63,798 nucleotides of DNA, filler included, from Salisapilia sapeloensis CBS 127946 (GCA_023334545.1; 13 parts of 13 records of this genome joined end to end with filler, not necessarily neighbours in it), one strand, 5' to 3'. Positions 49,077 to 62,865 are shown, counted from the whole stretch's first letter. Numbers and translations are program-made. The notes: generated by a model from the sequence alone, not told the origin.

Positions 49077-49399
49077 ATGTCTACACTTGACAGTACAAGC
49101 GAGAAACTGTGGGAGTACGCTGCTGCAGGAGACGTAGAACGCGTTCGTAAGATGATTCATAAGGGTGGAGAAGTGAACAAGCAGGAGGAATATGGTTGGA
49201 CTCCGCTTCATATTGCTGCTGAGAAAGGACACGTGGAGGTGGTGGAGGTGCTACTACGTAATGGTGGAGTAGTGAACAAGCAGGAAGAAAATGGTTGGAC
49301 TCCGCTTCATATCGCTGCTCAGAAGGGACACGTGGAGGTGGTGGAGGTGCTGCTACGTAATGGTGGAGATGTGTACAAGCAGGAGGAAGATGGCTGGAC
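49077..49399 (+). CDS. Ankyrin-repeat protein, 5' fragment
   Basis: Near-identical 99-nt/33-aa repeats GWTPLHIAAxKGHVEVVEVLLRNGG. The contig breaks inside the array. Confidence 0.9.
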
Positions 49400-49499
49400 N
49401 NNNNNNNNNNNNNNNNNNNNNNNNNNNNNNNNNNNNNNNNNNNTTAATTAATTAANNNNNNNNNNNNNNNNNNNNNNNNNNNNNNNNNNNNNNNNNNNN

Positions 49500-49647
49500 G
49501 ATGAGCGCTGCAGAGATGACGGACAAGCTTGGCCTCCATGGTCTTCGCCACCGCCAGTGGTTCATCCAGGCGTGTTGTGCGACGACGGGCGACGGTCTGT
49601 ACGAAGGTCTGGACTGGCTGTCGGCAACGTTGCAGAAGCGCAAGTAA
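49500..49647 (+). CDS. ARF1: ADP-ribosylation factor 1, 3' fragment
   Basis: [48 protein letters not shown]. Confidence 0.9.
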
Positions 49648-50062
49648 GCATGCTGTTCAGCGATTACTGAAGTGGTCAACTGCAGATGGAGCCTTCGTCG
49701 AGTGCTATGGTAGCAAGCGGCCCAGCGATCGAGACGGCGTTTAGATACACATTTTGCAGTAGTAGGTTGTGCATTTTCTCTTTCAATGACAGCTTATAGT
49801 TTTCATATTCGCTCGGTGTACTTGATCCGTGTCAACCCATTCCTGTAGTTCCATCGGGAGCCACGTGGACGTCCATTGTGTGTATCTTTTCAGCAGATGG
49901 CAGCCTCGTGGTAAAAAGGGGAAAAAGTTACACTTAAAGAAGATGTGATTGGCTGATTAAGCGCAAATGAGCAAAGAGGTGTTTCTGGCGCAGCGACCAC
50001 AAACAGAGAGAAAAAAGTCAGGAAGCGTCCCCCCTCCGCTCCCCTCCTTCTTTAGCTACTAG

Positions 50063-50858
<796 letters not shown>

Positions 50859-50958
50859 NNNNNNNNNNNNNNNNNNNNNNNNNNNNNNNNNNNNNNNNNN
50901 NNTTAATTAATTAANNNNNNNNNNNNNNNNNNNNNNNNNNNNNNNNNNNNNNNNNNNN

Positions 50959-53900
50959 CATGCGACTAATCTCCAGGCTTCAACTCTGGAGACGTCAAGC
51001 TTACCACTCACCATCGTCGAAATGATTCCGCCCACTGACGACGGGCTCCAAAGGCCAGCGTGTATTAAATTTAGACTTGATATATTTCGAAAGCTTTGCA
51101 AGAACAGCGAAAGTGGTTACGACCGATATGATCCTTTCATAGTACATGTTGTGGCGATGTGCGGCGTTGAGTTGCGTATAAGTTGCTGCAAATGTTTTTG
51201 ACTAGGGAGATAGGACTATTATGCTATCATATGAGTATGTTTGAAGATATTAACGGTAATCTAAAGTGATGTGCATGCCATCTTCATTGTAGACAAGCTG
51301 GTACCAACTAGTTACTGATTGTTGGCTAAAGCGGAGAAGCGTGCCATTTCCATAGGATGCCAAAAGGATGTACACGCACAACAAAGCATTCAACAACAAC
51401 TCACTCACTTGATTTCTCTTCACAACGGAGCCTGGGGTACAAAGCTAGTATCCTTTACCGCTGTACTTTTCCAGGTCGTTCATCAGATCTGCATACACTG
51501 AATCCTTAAGCTGATATGCCCACGTGAAGTCAAGGTGATTGAGTTCGTACGGAAGGTCCGTGACAATCGTGTCGTCCGGAATCCTGGCACGCATCCAATC
51601 CAGGTCGACTTCCGACGCAAACCAATCTTGATTGCCAGTAAACCACCCCATGCGAGGATACACCATGCCTGCGAGGTCATAGTCAGGAGGCGTGAAATCC
51701 CCATACACTTTTTTATTCTTGCAGAAAGCACTAGGGCAGAGTTCGATGGGCAGCCATGTTTGGCAATTGCACCCGTAGTCGTATTTCTTGAACGTATTCT
51801 CACGAATGCTCTGGGCGTAGTGAACCATGTTCTTGACACTAGTTCCAGCAGGCGTTTGGGTCTAAAATTGGAGTTATAATTATTTTCTTGAATGGTTTAT
51901 ATAAACACAATCGAATGTCTTACCATGTAGACGTGGATTCTGCTCTGGTTCATGTTGTCGGATGGTCCACAGATTAAATTGAGCAGACTGTCACAGGCAA
52001 TATCTTGCCAAGCACATCCATTCTGTAGAATCAAGCCATTTAAGAACGTTGAGTGCGGTAGAAATTCATCAACGCCTAAAACTTGGAACAGTTTGTCCAC
52101 ATTAGTCTCCGCTAGCACCACAAAGACAGGCGACTTTGCGTGCCCGATATTGCCTATCGGTGCTAACGCCCCAAAGTAGCTCACTCGCTGTGCCAACTCC
52201 TGGTTTTCTGAAAATGCCACAAATGCTTGAGTAGTGCCTTCGCTATGGCCGACCCAGCTGAGCGTGGACTGGCCTGATTGCGAAAGAGCGTGATTGATGA
52301 ATGCAGGCACGTCGAAGACTCCCATTTCATTCCATGTGAAGTCCCAATATTCGTCGGAATCAATACTCAGAGTTGTATGCTCCTTGGACCAAGTGGTCCC
52401 GCGGTTGTTACCGAGCCATACATCATATCCAGCGTCTGCAAGGATATAAGCGAGACTCTGGTCACGGTAATTGGATACGAAAGTGAAGCTGCTATCCAGT
52501 AACCCGTGCTGTAAGATCACTACTGGCTTGCCAGTTGCCGCATCAGAGTTAGATTGAGACTCTACGTATGTCTTCGGAAGACGGTACATGGTCAGAATGT
52601 AGCCATCACTTGTGGTAACCTTGTGCTCTTCGACTTCATAGCCTCTGGTCTGAATCATCTCAACGACATTCTTGCCGGCGTCTGGGTCAATGTTGTCGAA
52701 AATAGTGAAGACTTGGCGGGTCAAGTTTTGATCCAATGCAGACACAGAAGCCACTAGCGCAACAAGAAGCACTACGAGTTGCTGGATGAATCGCATGCTG
52801 GGCAATAGAGCACTGCTTATCCACGAAGACGTAAAATGGAGAATGACTGAGTCGAGCTGTAGAAAGAGGTTGAACTAGTCACTGCCAAATGGATTACTCG
52901 TGCGCTTAAGTAGTCGAGCTGCCCTGATAGAACGTGTAAAAGGAAGAGCACATATGGTTGAACCATTCCAGACTTTACACATCTTCGATGCTGACTTTCC
53001 TGCAATGGCAGAGTCATGCATGCAACTAATTTACATGTGCGAATGGTTCTATTCTCTGTACAATCTTACAACTAGCATGTACTATAGGAAGAAAGGTTCA
53101 AGTTCCTTAACGGGAAATTGATGAAACGTATAATCTTAGAAACAAACATAGGGTGTGTTGCTTTGATGATCGTGACACATCGGAATGAAATGGGTATACC
53201 AGTCCATCACAGCAATAAGTTTTATGACGTTGATTCTGCCGTCCTAGCTTCCTTCAACTAGAGCAGCAAGATGATATAAATGTCTTCATCCTGGCGTTTT
53301 CTAAAGCTAAATTGTGTATGCATCGAGTTTGGTACAACCAAATATTCCATTGCACCAGTGTACATCTAAAACGACAGGAAGAGTAAATCGACTGAAAACG
53401 CGAGCTCCTACCCTAAGCATTTTCTTTGATGGACACTGGGTTCTTGACTAGGTTTTTGACGTGCACACTAGCTTGACTTGATTTTCAACATACGACACGT
53501 TATACCGAAATAGACAGCATCCCAAAAGGAGAATTCGTTAAACCCTTGAACACCCACAAAAGAATGATATTTCTCTACTTGAAGGATACTTTGCAGTGGT
53601 TTATTTATGGTAGCTATGAGTTATCAACTGTGCTACATCACGCCCGTCTGAACTGCAAACAAGTCGCACCGAGGCAACGATTCATCGGACGAGACTAGAG
53701 TGGTATCTTAAATTGTATTTTTAAGTGATTGTGATGCGCATACATCGCCTGGGTCGGTTCTTTTAAAGCCTTTCACGGTGCTTCTCGACACATATTCTAC
53801 GAACGGATTAGCAAATGATAATTGGATACGTGGCTCTATAATTTTACTTCAACTTTTGTGCCACTATAGTAGAGCCTGTGCTGCGCTTTACTCTAAGCAA

Positions 53901-54440
53901 ACCTCGGGACAATAATACATTTACTGCGCATTCATCTTTATAATACAAAGTCAATCCTCAGCATTCACAAAACCAAAGAATAAGATTAGATCGAACCCAA
54001 CAAGCGGCAGCATCGCTGAACCATTCAAACCTCTTTAATTTACCGCTAAAATTACAAGTAATACTGCACAGTACATACGAGCGTCTACCAAATAGCTCCA
54101 CACAAAACATTTGGAGATGCAAATTATTTTTGGTTGGCTGTAGCTCGACAAGGCGAGTTAATGTCGTGGTATGTCGCAACTATGTCGATTTATGTCGTTG
54201 CAATTTCCATTCCTGCGGTTCAAATACTTTACCAGAAGTTTGACGGTTCATCCAAGCCTGATCAAAAAGCGGATACGCACAATACGACGTGTTGCCGCCG
54301 CAAAGCTTTCGAAATATATCAAGTCTAAATTTAATACACGCTGGCCTTTGGAGCCCGTCGTCAGTGGGCGGAATCATTTCGACGATGGTGAGTGGTAAGC
54401 TTGACGTCTCCAGAGTTGAAGCCTGGAGATTAGTCGCATG
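50959..54440. repeat. 141-nt exact inverted repeat at both contig termini (50959-51099 / 54300-54440)
   Basis: Direct reverse-complement comparison of the contig ends. Confidence 0.95.
51445..52796 (-). CDS. Secreted acid lipase (gastric/lysosomal lipase family), 2 exons
   Basis: Signal peptide, QHGLLDSS, GNNRG, GHSEG nucleophile, PAGTSVKNMVHYAQ, QDWFA and NHLDF. ATG is 52796. Confidence 0.92.
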
Positions 54441-54542
54441 NNNNNNNNNNNNNNNNNNNNNNNNNNNNNNNNNNNNNNNNNNNNTTAATTAATTAANNNN
54501 NNNNNNNNNNNNNNNNNNNNNNNNNNNNNNNNNNNNNNNNAG

Positions 54543-54650
54543 TTGGGTCATCTTGGATCGATCCAGCGTCGGTTGGACGACTTGGAGGGTATTCGCGAGC
54601 GGAAACGTGCGTTTGAGCGGAAGAAGCAGGAAATGAAGGAAGCTTGGTAG
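54543..54650 (+). CDS. Probable 3' end of an unidentified gene (identical inverted copy at 56818-56925)
   Basis: LGHLGSIQRRLDDLEGIRERKRAFERKKQEMKEAW* is an amphipathic, protein-like helix ending in a stop. Confidence 0.45.
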   Translation: MGHLGSIQRRLDDLEGIRERKRAFERKKQEMKEAW

Positions 54651-55503
54651 TTGCTTGTGAAGTATAAGGGTTCTAGATGACAGGCATAGTGGTAAGGATG
54701 GACTCAATGGTCGATACGAGAGTTTTTAACATGGTGCTAGCATGAGATTGGGCACCGAGTGCTCTAGCAGCATCCACTTGTAGTGCAGACATGGTTAGCT
54801 AGTTGGAACACTGCCTCGGTGTTTATCATGAGACAGTAGACTGAAGGAAAACAAAGGATACAATGATAATGCAATGAGCAAATGCATCAAATGACTAGAA
54901 AGCTTGCTTGAAACGTGCACATAATATAGCTATTCGTTTACCGAAACGCTAGCAGCTCAATGTCAAAGAAGAGATGCGTGTTTGGAGGCACTAGACCAGG
55001 AAATCCCTTCTGTCCATACGCTTTATCAGCCGGGATAAACACCTTTGCCCGTTCACGAGCACAAAGTCTCGAAACACCTTCATCAAGTCCTGGCACCACT
55101 TGCTCTGCACCTAGTTTAAACTTGAACGGTCGATTGCGATCTCGAGACGAATCAAATTTCTTGCCATCATGCAGCTACTCCATCATACTCATAAGCCTTA
55201 GCAGTATAAGAGAAATTCATAAAGGCGTACATAAGCAATGTAGTGTATAACGACCGTCTGCCCATGCTTTGGATAGTTGATCCCATCTCCAGCCACAAAG
55301 ACTTCCACTTGCACCTCACTCGTCCGCTGCAGATGCACATGAGCTACTTTCTCTACTAGCAACTACACAAGATACCTTTGGAATCACGAAGTCATTCGCT
55401 TCCATCATCTTGTTCGCATGAAAAAGAGTATAATCGATGTCTTGATACAAGTATAAATAGCTTCAAGAGACTAGTGGCTAATGGGTCGTGTATTATCTAC
55501 CTC

Positions 55504-56390
55504 TTACGCATCCTTGTCCACGTTCGTCTGCGGATGTCTGTTGCGAGGAGACTTGACGCTCGACACTTTCTTCGGCGAAGTGCTCTCGGCCGTCGTCACC
55601 TCCTTCTTACTCTCCACTTTCGGACGACCATACAGAAGGATAAGTGATACTTGGATCACACCCATGCTGAGTGCAAAGACGTTCGGGTAAATCACCAAGA
55701 CATCGTCTAGCATGAGGCCGTAGGTGCACCAGACCGTGCCACTGATGACATTCATAACAGACATGCCGAACGGAAGACTGCTTGCGTCCTTAGTCTTCAA
55801 GATAGTCGGCAATTGAAATAGAGGAGAGGATGCTGTCATAAAGGACAGAGCGTTGCCAGGAACACCGACGAGACGTTGCGACTCGGCAGCCGTCTCACGT
55901 GTCGACGCATGGCTCAGAAGCAGCATCAAGCATACCAAAGACATGCCGAGCCAGCGAATCGGCTGAGTCTGTACAAACATAGAGAGTCACGATCTACAAG
56001 TAGAGAAACAATGTAGAAATAAACTACCTTGTCCTTGGCGTGCTTACAGTAGACGTAGACGTAGTGGGAGCCGAGGAAGACGCCGAGTAGGGAGGTTCCG
56101 CCCATGACGGCATTGCCAACCATGTAGCCATAGATGGCATTGATAAGGGATTGGACAAAGTAGAAGAAGAACGGGGCGAAAGAGAACTGAAGTGTGCTGC
56201 CAGCGCTTTGGATCTGACGCACCGTTTGGCTAGACGATTGATTTAGTCAAGTATTGTTCGATCGGTGGACAATCGGATGGGATAGATACAGTGGTGATAC
56301 GGCAAAGGCTATGGAGACAGCTCCTGCGACGATCGGGACTGCCTGATAGGCGAGGAAGTAGGCCATGTACAAGGCATTATCGGTCGACAT
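55504..56390 (-). CDS. SWEET / MtN3-saliva sugar transporter, multi-exon
   Basis: FAVSP, APFFFYFVQSLINAIYG, ASPLFQLPTILKTKDASSLPFGMS, WCTYG and IYPN form two MtN3 repeats. Confidence 0.9.
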
Positions 56391-57628
56391 GGTGCGTTCG
56401 AGTCGATTCTGATAGCAATTCGATATTTTTAACATAAATTACACATAAATTACGGATAGTGCCGAAGATTCCAGAGTATCTCTACTTTAAGACAGCTTCC
56501 TGATAAAAGGAGGTAGATGAATTAGTCTCGTGGATGTTTTGGTTATGCAAGGATGTAGTTACATAATATAAACATGATGTTTTTATCGCTGTGTCCTTCC
56601 TCATGACGATCAACATGGCGTCTTTATCGACTGGGTGACCATAGGTGAGCCGGACGAAAGTGTCGTCCGAACGTCACAAGTCGTCACTATTCTTGATGCC
56701 GAGGTATCCAACAAAGCCAAAACACAGGTGAGCTACAGCCAAAGTGTACAGTCTTTACTAATAAGCACATTCGTATCATTCCAACCGTCATCTAGAACCC
56801 TTATACTTCACAAGCAACTACCAAGCTTCCTTCATTTCCTGCTTCTTCCGCTCAAACGCACGTTTCCGCTCGCGAATACCCTCCAAGTCGTCCAACCGAC
56901 GCTGGATCGATCCAAGATGACCCAACTNNNNNNNNNNNNNNNNNNNNNNNNNNNNNNNNNNNNNNNNNNNNTTAATTAATTAANNNNNNNNNNNNNNNNN
57001 NNNNNNNNNNNNNNNNNNNNNNNNNNNCTCATCCCGCCACCATGCGCGCATATTGCCTATTGTGTGAAGTGCGCAATGGTCCAGTTGGTGGCAGTGTCTA
57101 CCACGCGACCGTTCGAGCAGTACCAGCATTGCTGTAGATGTGCACGCAGGATTACTTTCGTGCGATCCGATTAATCCGGCAGTATCACCGTCGAGAACCC
57201 TAGACCCGATCGACGGCGAGCTCTCCGCTTGCACCGCGCCATTTCCATAGAACGCATCCACACGAGAATAGCTCGCACAAGCGTTTCGGCACGACCGCGA
57301 TCCGTTTCCCGGACACCCACAACTTTCGCCCTTTTGCTGGCAGAAGACACGCTGCGCACCCGTGTCCGACTCGGAAACACCCGTTCAGGATCTATTTCGT
57401 ATCCCAACTTCGACATCCAAAGATCCTTGAAGTTCGGAAAGTTCGTCGCATACAAATTTCAAATATTAAATATCCGCCGCTTCAAATGGCTTCTTCCGCT
57501 CGATCCTCCACGTCGTCGATGCCGATCGAAGCTATGCGCCTAGTGCAGAAAGACCTGTGTCTAAGCTCATTTCGGAATTGACCTCAAACTCCGCAACACC
57601 AACACCAACAAGAAACTCTACTACTACA

Positions 57629-57916
57629 ATGGACGCAGTCAAGCAGAAGACGCAGGAGATGAAGGACAAGGCGACTGGCAACGCGCAGCCGTCGACGGGC
57701 GAGAAGGCCAAGGTCAAGGCCGATGACGCCAAGAACGCGGTCACGGGCGGCAACCACCAGCACGATGCCTCTTCGGCCACGGAGAAGGCCAAGGTCGCTG
57801 CGGATGACACTGGCAAGAAGGCCACTGGTCAGAACGACCCGACGGAGCCGTCCATGACGGAGAAGGCCAAGGTCAGCGCCCAGAACGCCAAGGACAAGGT
57901 GATGGGCAACCAGTAA
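57629..57916 (+). CDS. Short LEA-like repeat protein C (95 aa), same family as A and B
   Basis: Three copies of P(S/T)xxEKAKVxADD-type motif. Inr-like GCTCATTTCGGAATTG at 57565-57580 supports the MDAVKQ start at 57629. Confidence 0.8.
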   Translation: MDAVKQKTQEMKDKATGNAQPSTGEKAKVKADDAKNAVTGGNHQHDASSATEKAKVAADDTGKKATGQNDPTEPSMTEKAKVSAQNAKDKVMGNQ

Positions 57917-58714
57917 GCGGCGACGTGGGCGCGGGCGCCGGTGGGCTGCTGAACCGCCTCACGGTTTCCACTGCTTCTCGCCATTTAAAATTTATTTTGC
58001 AATAAAGCGAACTATGCTTGCCGTCACACTGGCGTTTCTTGATTGTGTTTGTTTTTCTGGATGTTTGTCGGAGTTACTGGAGCATGGGTGTGTGCTGTCC
58101 TTGAAAAGTCTGCTACGTTCGTGTTTGTAGACGATAGAGATAGCACGTTGGTCTTCCGCTTTGGAAGGCATGAACTATATGCTGGAGTGTGTTTCGGACT
58201 AAGGACAATGGTGCTGGTCGAGGTGGCGACTGTTTTGTAGCTGCATGTAGCGCAGTTCTACTCGATGATCGATGCGCATGCTCTACGAAGAAACTGCATT
58301 TCGATGCACGATGCTAGACGTCGTTCGGTCGAGGTTACCACAGCCTCTATGGATGTTCTGGAATGTATACTTTTCGCACGAGGACATGTCCGAGAGCTTT
58401 GATGCTAGCAATACGACAAGACCGTCGATTATATCACGCAACCAAAAGCGGTTCTCCGACGAGATACAGCATCGACGAGCTTGGGCTACCGTGTCGTAGT
58501 TTTGAGTGTATCGAAAGGCAAGATCAAACAAGTCGACGTCGGTACTTGACTTCAAGCTTCAAAGGCAAAAAAGGACTGGGATGAGTGGAAACTCGGACAC
58601 GTCACTGAGTACNNNNNNNNNNNNNNNNNNNNNNNNNNNNNNNNNNNNNNNNNNNNTTAATTAATTAANNNNNNNNNNNNNNNNNNNNNNNNNNNNNNNN
58701 NNNNNNNNNNNNGA

Positions 58715-59026
58715 GTACCTTACCTCTTAAGTGGTCGTGCAGATGGTCGTTCAGTGTCGTGGCGTGCCGAGCTTGCCCCACTTTCTTCTACACATGGCGA
58801 ATCTCAAAGCAGTGAGGAAGGCGAGAGTCAAGAGCGGAAGCGTTTGCGAATGGAGGAAACGAGGCACCGTTTGGAGTGCAAGAAGCTGCAGTTTGAGGTG
58901 GAGACGGCGCGTCTGAGACTGGAAACAGAGCGCGTCTTGTCTCGTCGCAAGCTGGAGGGTGCCAGTGTACGAGCACAGGAGATCGAGCAAGTAATGTCGG
59001 TATGCAACGGGGAGGCGAGTGAATGA
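58715..59026 (+). CDS. 3' fragment of a coiled-coil hypothetical protein
   Basis: Frame is open from the spacer. ERKRLRMEETRHRLECKKLQFEVETARLRLETERVLSRRKL is heptad-like. Confidence 0.45.
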   Translation, partial: VPYLLSGRADGRSVSWRAELAPLSSTHGESQSSEEGESQERKRLRMEETRHRLECKKLQFEVETARLRLETERVLSRRKLEGASVRAQEIEQVMSVCNGEASE

Positions 59027-60048
59027 TCCGCCAAAATGAAGGTATACGCTGTTTCTGAGACTCTGCCGATGGGATGGGAGGATTCATTAGTGAGATCAGG
59101 CCGCGCGTCGACGAGAGATAAAGTTGATAGGGACGGAGGAAATACATGAAATTGGCTTTATTACGCAAATGAGTTACTGCCGAATCGAAGATACATGCTC
59201 TGTAACCCATGACCGGACACAGGACATCATTTTCCTGTAGCGCGGCGAATACCTGTTTTTCGACTTTAAATCTTCTCTGAAGAGCCTACGTCGCCACGAA
59301 AAGGACGCGTATTTCAAATCTGAAACATTCGTACGAAGCATAATGGCAGTCACCGCAGGTCATGAATCCATTGCTCTTCAAATTCAAAGGTAAGTTCCGT
59401 CCGCTTCGCTTCTGTCCAACGCTTTTTGAGAGCTCTGTAGCTCAGCTAACTTATCATTACTTGCGTCTCAAGCACCATAGACCATCACGTTATTAGTGTC
59501 ATGGTACTTGTTTCAACCTCAAAGCTAAATGTCCCCGCTGAATTTATTTATTCGAATATGAGTCAGGGTGAGCTACCTCGTAATATCGCCTAAGCAAAAA
59601 ATGCTTCTTACCACAACTCTTACATGCATACGTGTATCATAAAGTTATAGATATCAACCAGCTGCCCTTCCTACTCCATTCTCTTCAGCCTGGCGTCGAA
59701 AATCGACAATTAACGGTGACACCGGCTGGCGACGGAATTTTCATCAGCTGGAAACTCAAAGCTTTCTTTGAATATCGTAGCGCTGAAATCGAATGATGGA
59801 AATGTTGTCGGGTGAAGATATGCCAGCCTAGGACATGGTAAAGATCGTATGCCTGAATATGTCTTCACCTAAATACTTTGCCTATTAAGATTAGATTAAA
59901 TTTCACGCTTTATATGTTGTTTCCCAACTTGGCGAACTCCTTGGTCACNNNNNNNNNNNNNNNNNNNNNNNNNNNNNNNNNNNNNNNNNNNNTTAATTAA
60001 TTAANNNNNNNNNNNNNNNNNNNNNNNNNNNNNNNNNNNNNNNNNNNN

Positions 60049-60195
60049 GAGTCGTGTCCGAAGTCGATCCGGTCATTAGCCGACAAGTGTCTCTCAAATA
60101 GTCCAGAAGATCGTCCGACTGCCGCGCAGATCCAGTACTACTTCCACGAAATGACCAAGCAAGGTTCATCTCGTAGCGACCCTGCTTTTAAATGA
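60049..60195 (+). CDS. Protein kinase (TKL-like) C-terminal fragment
   Basis: Not in the track. ESCPKSIRSLADKCLSNSPEDRPTAAQI matches kinase subdomain XI. Confidence 0.8.
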   Translation, partial: ESCPKSIRSLADKCLSNSPEDRPTAAQIQYYFHEMTKQGSSRSDPAFK

Positions 60196-60850
60196 CTACA
60201 GAATCAGTAGAATTTGGATTAGTCAAGTTGCCTTTACATTTGTTTTGAATTTTGAAAGCGCGTATTGGAGTCTTTGAAAGGTATCAAACTTGCTGCTTAC
60301 TTTCACGTTGGCGACGGCTCCGAACTTAATCAGGATGAGACCACAAGACTCTATCGTTTTTAAGCTATGAAATGCACAGATTCGGTTGTCGATCGTAGTA
60401 TTTATTTTGTAAAACGCAAGGAGTAACGATTTGAAGGGATAAGCTTTGCTGTAAGATGTTATTAGGCAGCTCCAGACGCGGCTTGAGTTTGTAGGAAGCA
60501 TAAGCGAAGTTTGTGTGTGGAACGAGGAACACGCAAAGACAGATTGTGGACAGGATTTGCAGCGTTGATCCCTACTACCATCAAACCAAGTTCTGCTTCT
60601 GCGTCGCAAGTACGCTAGCAGCATGTCTCGGAAGTTGTGTATATCACGTACTTGCAACGTAAAGTTGCAAAAGTTGAAGAGAGTGTATTAAAATGTGCAT
60701 GACTTTGATTACCAAGTGTTTGTACCCATGTCTCGTCTGCTACTTGAATTTATTCTATGTACTAATGGAAGGTTTGTGTAAGTCTCTGTACGCTAGATGG
60801 GAGGATGTTTTCACCTTAAAACCGAACTTTCAAAAGGGAGAGCACCCGCC

Positions 60851-61656
60851 ATGACCTCTTCCTTCACCCTGTTACTATGTATTTTCATAGGCAGTCTGCT
60901 GAGTATCCATGGAGTAGAAAGTGATGAAAGCTCTCCAATTGTAACCAACACATTGCTCGTACAAGAGGATTGTCATGACCAGTGTGAGGACTATGACGCT
61001 TGCGTAATTTACAATGTCGACGACGACAACCCTTGTAAAGCCAATGACGCATCGGAAGGCGAGAGCGAGAGCGAAGACTCAGTGAGTAAATGCGAGGAAG
61101 CGAAGGAAGACTTGGGCTATCAGTATCAATGCTTTAACCTCACCTCAGGCTCTCCTCCCACTTATTCCACGTCCTTCACCTTCGTTATCACTTCACAAGA
61201 TAACATAACATATTCAGAACAAAACTACGCCCATCTCGACGAAAAATATTTAGATGCAATCGATCTTCGTCTTGACAGCTCCGTAGATGAATTGTAAGAT
61301 ATCACGAAATTTGATACGAAACCGGCATCTAACTCGACGACACAGATCTTTGTGCGGAAACGATTGCATCTATAGATCGGACCAGAATCCCGTTCATGTC
61401 AAAGTATCAAACGACACACTCTCCCTAGGACACAGTGTCGAAAGCGCCTATTTTAACAATATCGACTTTTCTCAAGACGTCCCATCATTCGTCAACACTT
61501 CTTCCCAGCTAATAGGTCTCGTAATGACCAATTGCCGATTGAAAGAAGTGCCGGATATATCGCAAGCAACTTATCTAGAGAGACTGTGGGTTCATCTCCA
61601 TACTTCAAATGACTACATATCTCACGAAAGCGTTGAATAGTGACCTAAATGGAAAC
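60851..61656 (+). CDS. Secreted/receptor LRR protein (likely LRR receptor-like kinase), 5' fragment
   Basis: Signal peptide MTSSFTLLLCIFIGSLLSIHG, Cys-rich cap, intron near 61292-61374, then an LRR-like LIGLVMTNCRLKEVPDISQATYLERL. Cut by a spacer. Confidence 0.6.
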
Positions 61657-61756
61657 NNNNNNNNNNNNNNNNNNNNNNNNNNNNNNNNNNNNNNNNNNNN
61701 TTAATTAATTAANNNNNNNNNNNNNNNNNNNNNNNNNNNNNNNNNNNNNNNNNNNN

Positions 61757-62865
61757 ACCTTGGTTGTGGTACGTCTATGCTTTTACAAGATACTACCAAG
61801 AAGCGCTTTTGATTTTGAGAACAGTGCTGATGCTCTTGGATTGATATGGTGTAGCCGGCGGTCTCGTATGGGAACGTGGGACAGCTGACGCTGGATTTGA
61901 CGGTCAACACGCTGCTGGAGCACGGCCAGGCATTGGTGTGTAGTCTACGATGCAAAGTATGACCAATTTCTGACTCGTAGCCGCTGCGTTCGCACAGGGA
62001 AGCGGCATTGAAAAGGTGGGTCGCTTGTTCTCCAAGAATGTGCCTCCGATCGCTGGCAGCGCTGCATTCTCAGCGCAGTCTCCGTCCGAGCTCTGTCTGA
62101 ACCTTGAGGGTACCTTTTGGAACAGGAAACGCTATAGCCATTCTCATCACTTACAGCGTTGCTATAGTGTACCACGTCGGCACGAGCAACGTGACCATCG
62201 TCCAGCAGCGTACTGCTGCGATTCCGGTACACTGATGTTTTGAACGTACGGCAAAGAATGGCATCCAGCTAACCCGGTGGATATGGTCAGGGAAGAACGC
62301 GAGCGTACGTCTCGGAGCTGGTCGCTTGGGCGAAAGAAACAGGTTTCCAGTCGCTGTGTGTGCTTGCCGGCACGGACAACATGCTTCGACACGACCCGAT
62401 GATGCAGAGGTGAGAGCTCTTTTGGTTTTGATTTGACTGAAGTGAACTCAAGTAGCGTCTTGCAGCCGGCCTGTCCAGACCATCTACTCGCAGGAGGAGT
62501 CCACTGCGCTTCGTAACTCTGCGTTCCTAGAGCAGCTCCTTCGCCCGTCCGAAGGCAGTGGCGTCGCCGAAGAAAGTGGTACAAATCCGGCAACCTCGTC
62601 TCTGTGGGATTCACTCCGGGGTACTGGAATGGGACCTCTCCTGCAAAAGACATGCAGAGAGGCTCAGCTTCCTTTTGTGGCATTCGTGTTGGCATGTGCG
62701 GAGGGCGACAACGTTCCTGATGCGATGCAGATGACAGCTCATCTCTTTGCGTATTTGCAACTAGCAGCCAATGCAACACCGCAGCCGGAGCCTGTGGGCT
62801 TTGCCTTCCCTCCGTCGTGGAAGCAGCTCTTCGGGCGTGGGCCAGATGTCTCTCTCTTCCTGTAG
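61757..62865 (+). CDS. PSMG2: Proteasome assembly chaperone 2 (PAC2), multi-exon, 5' truncated
   Basis: Spliced TLVV|PAVSYGNVGQLTLDL, KVGRLFSKNVPPIAG, CAEGDNVPDA and PPSWKQLFG match the PAC2 family motifs. Confidence 0.85.

Larger units (their letters stand above)
54541..56927. repeat. 141-nt exact inverted repeat at both contig termini (54541-54681 / 56787-56927)
   Basis: Direct reverse-complement comparison. The repeat contains an inward-reading frame ending in TAG (54543-54650 and 56925-56818). Confidence 0.95.
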
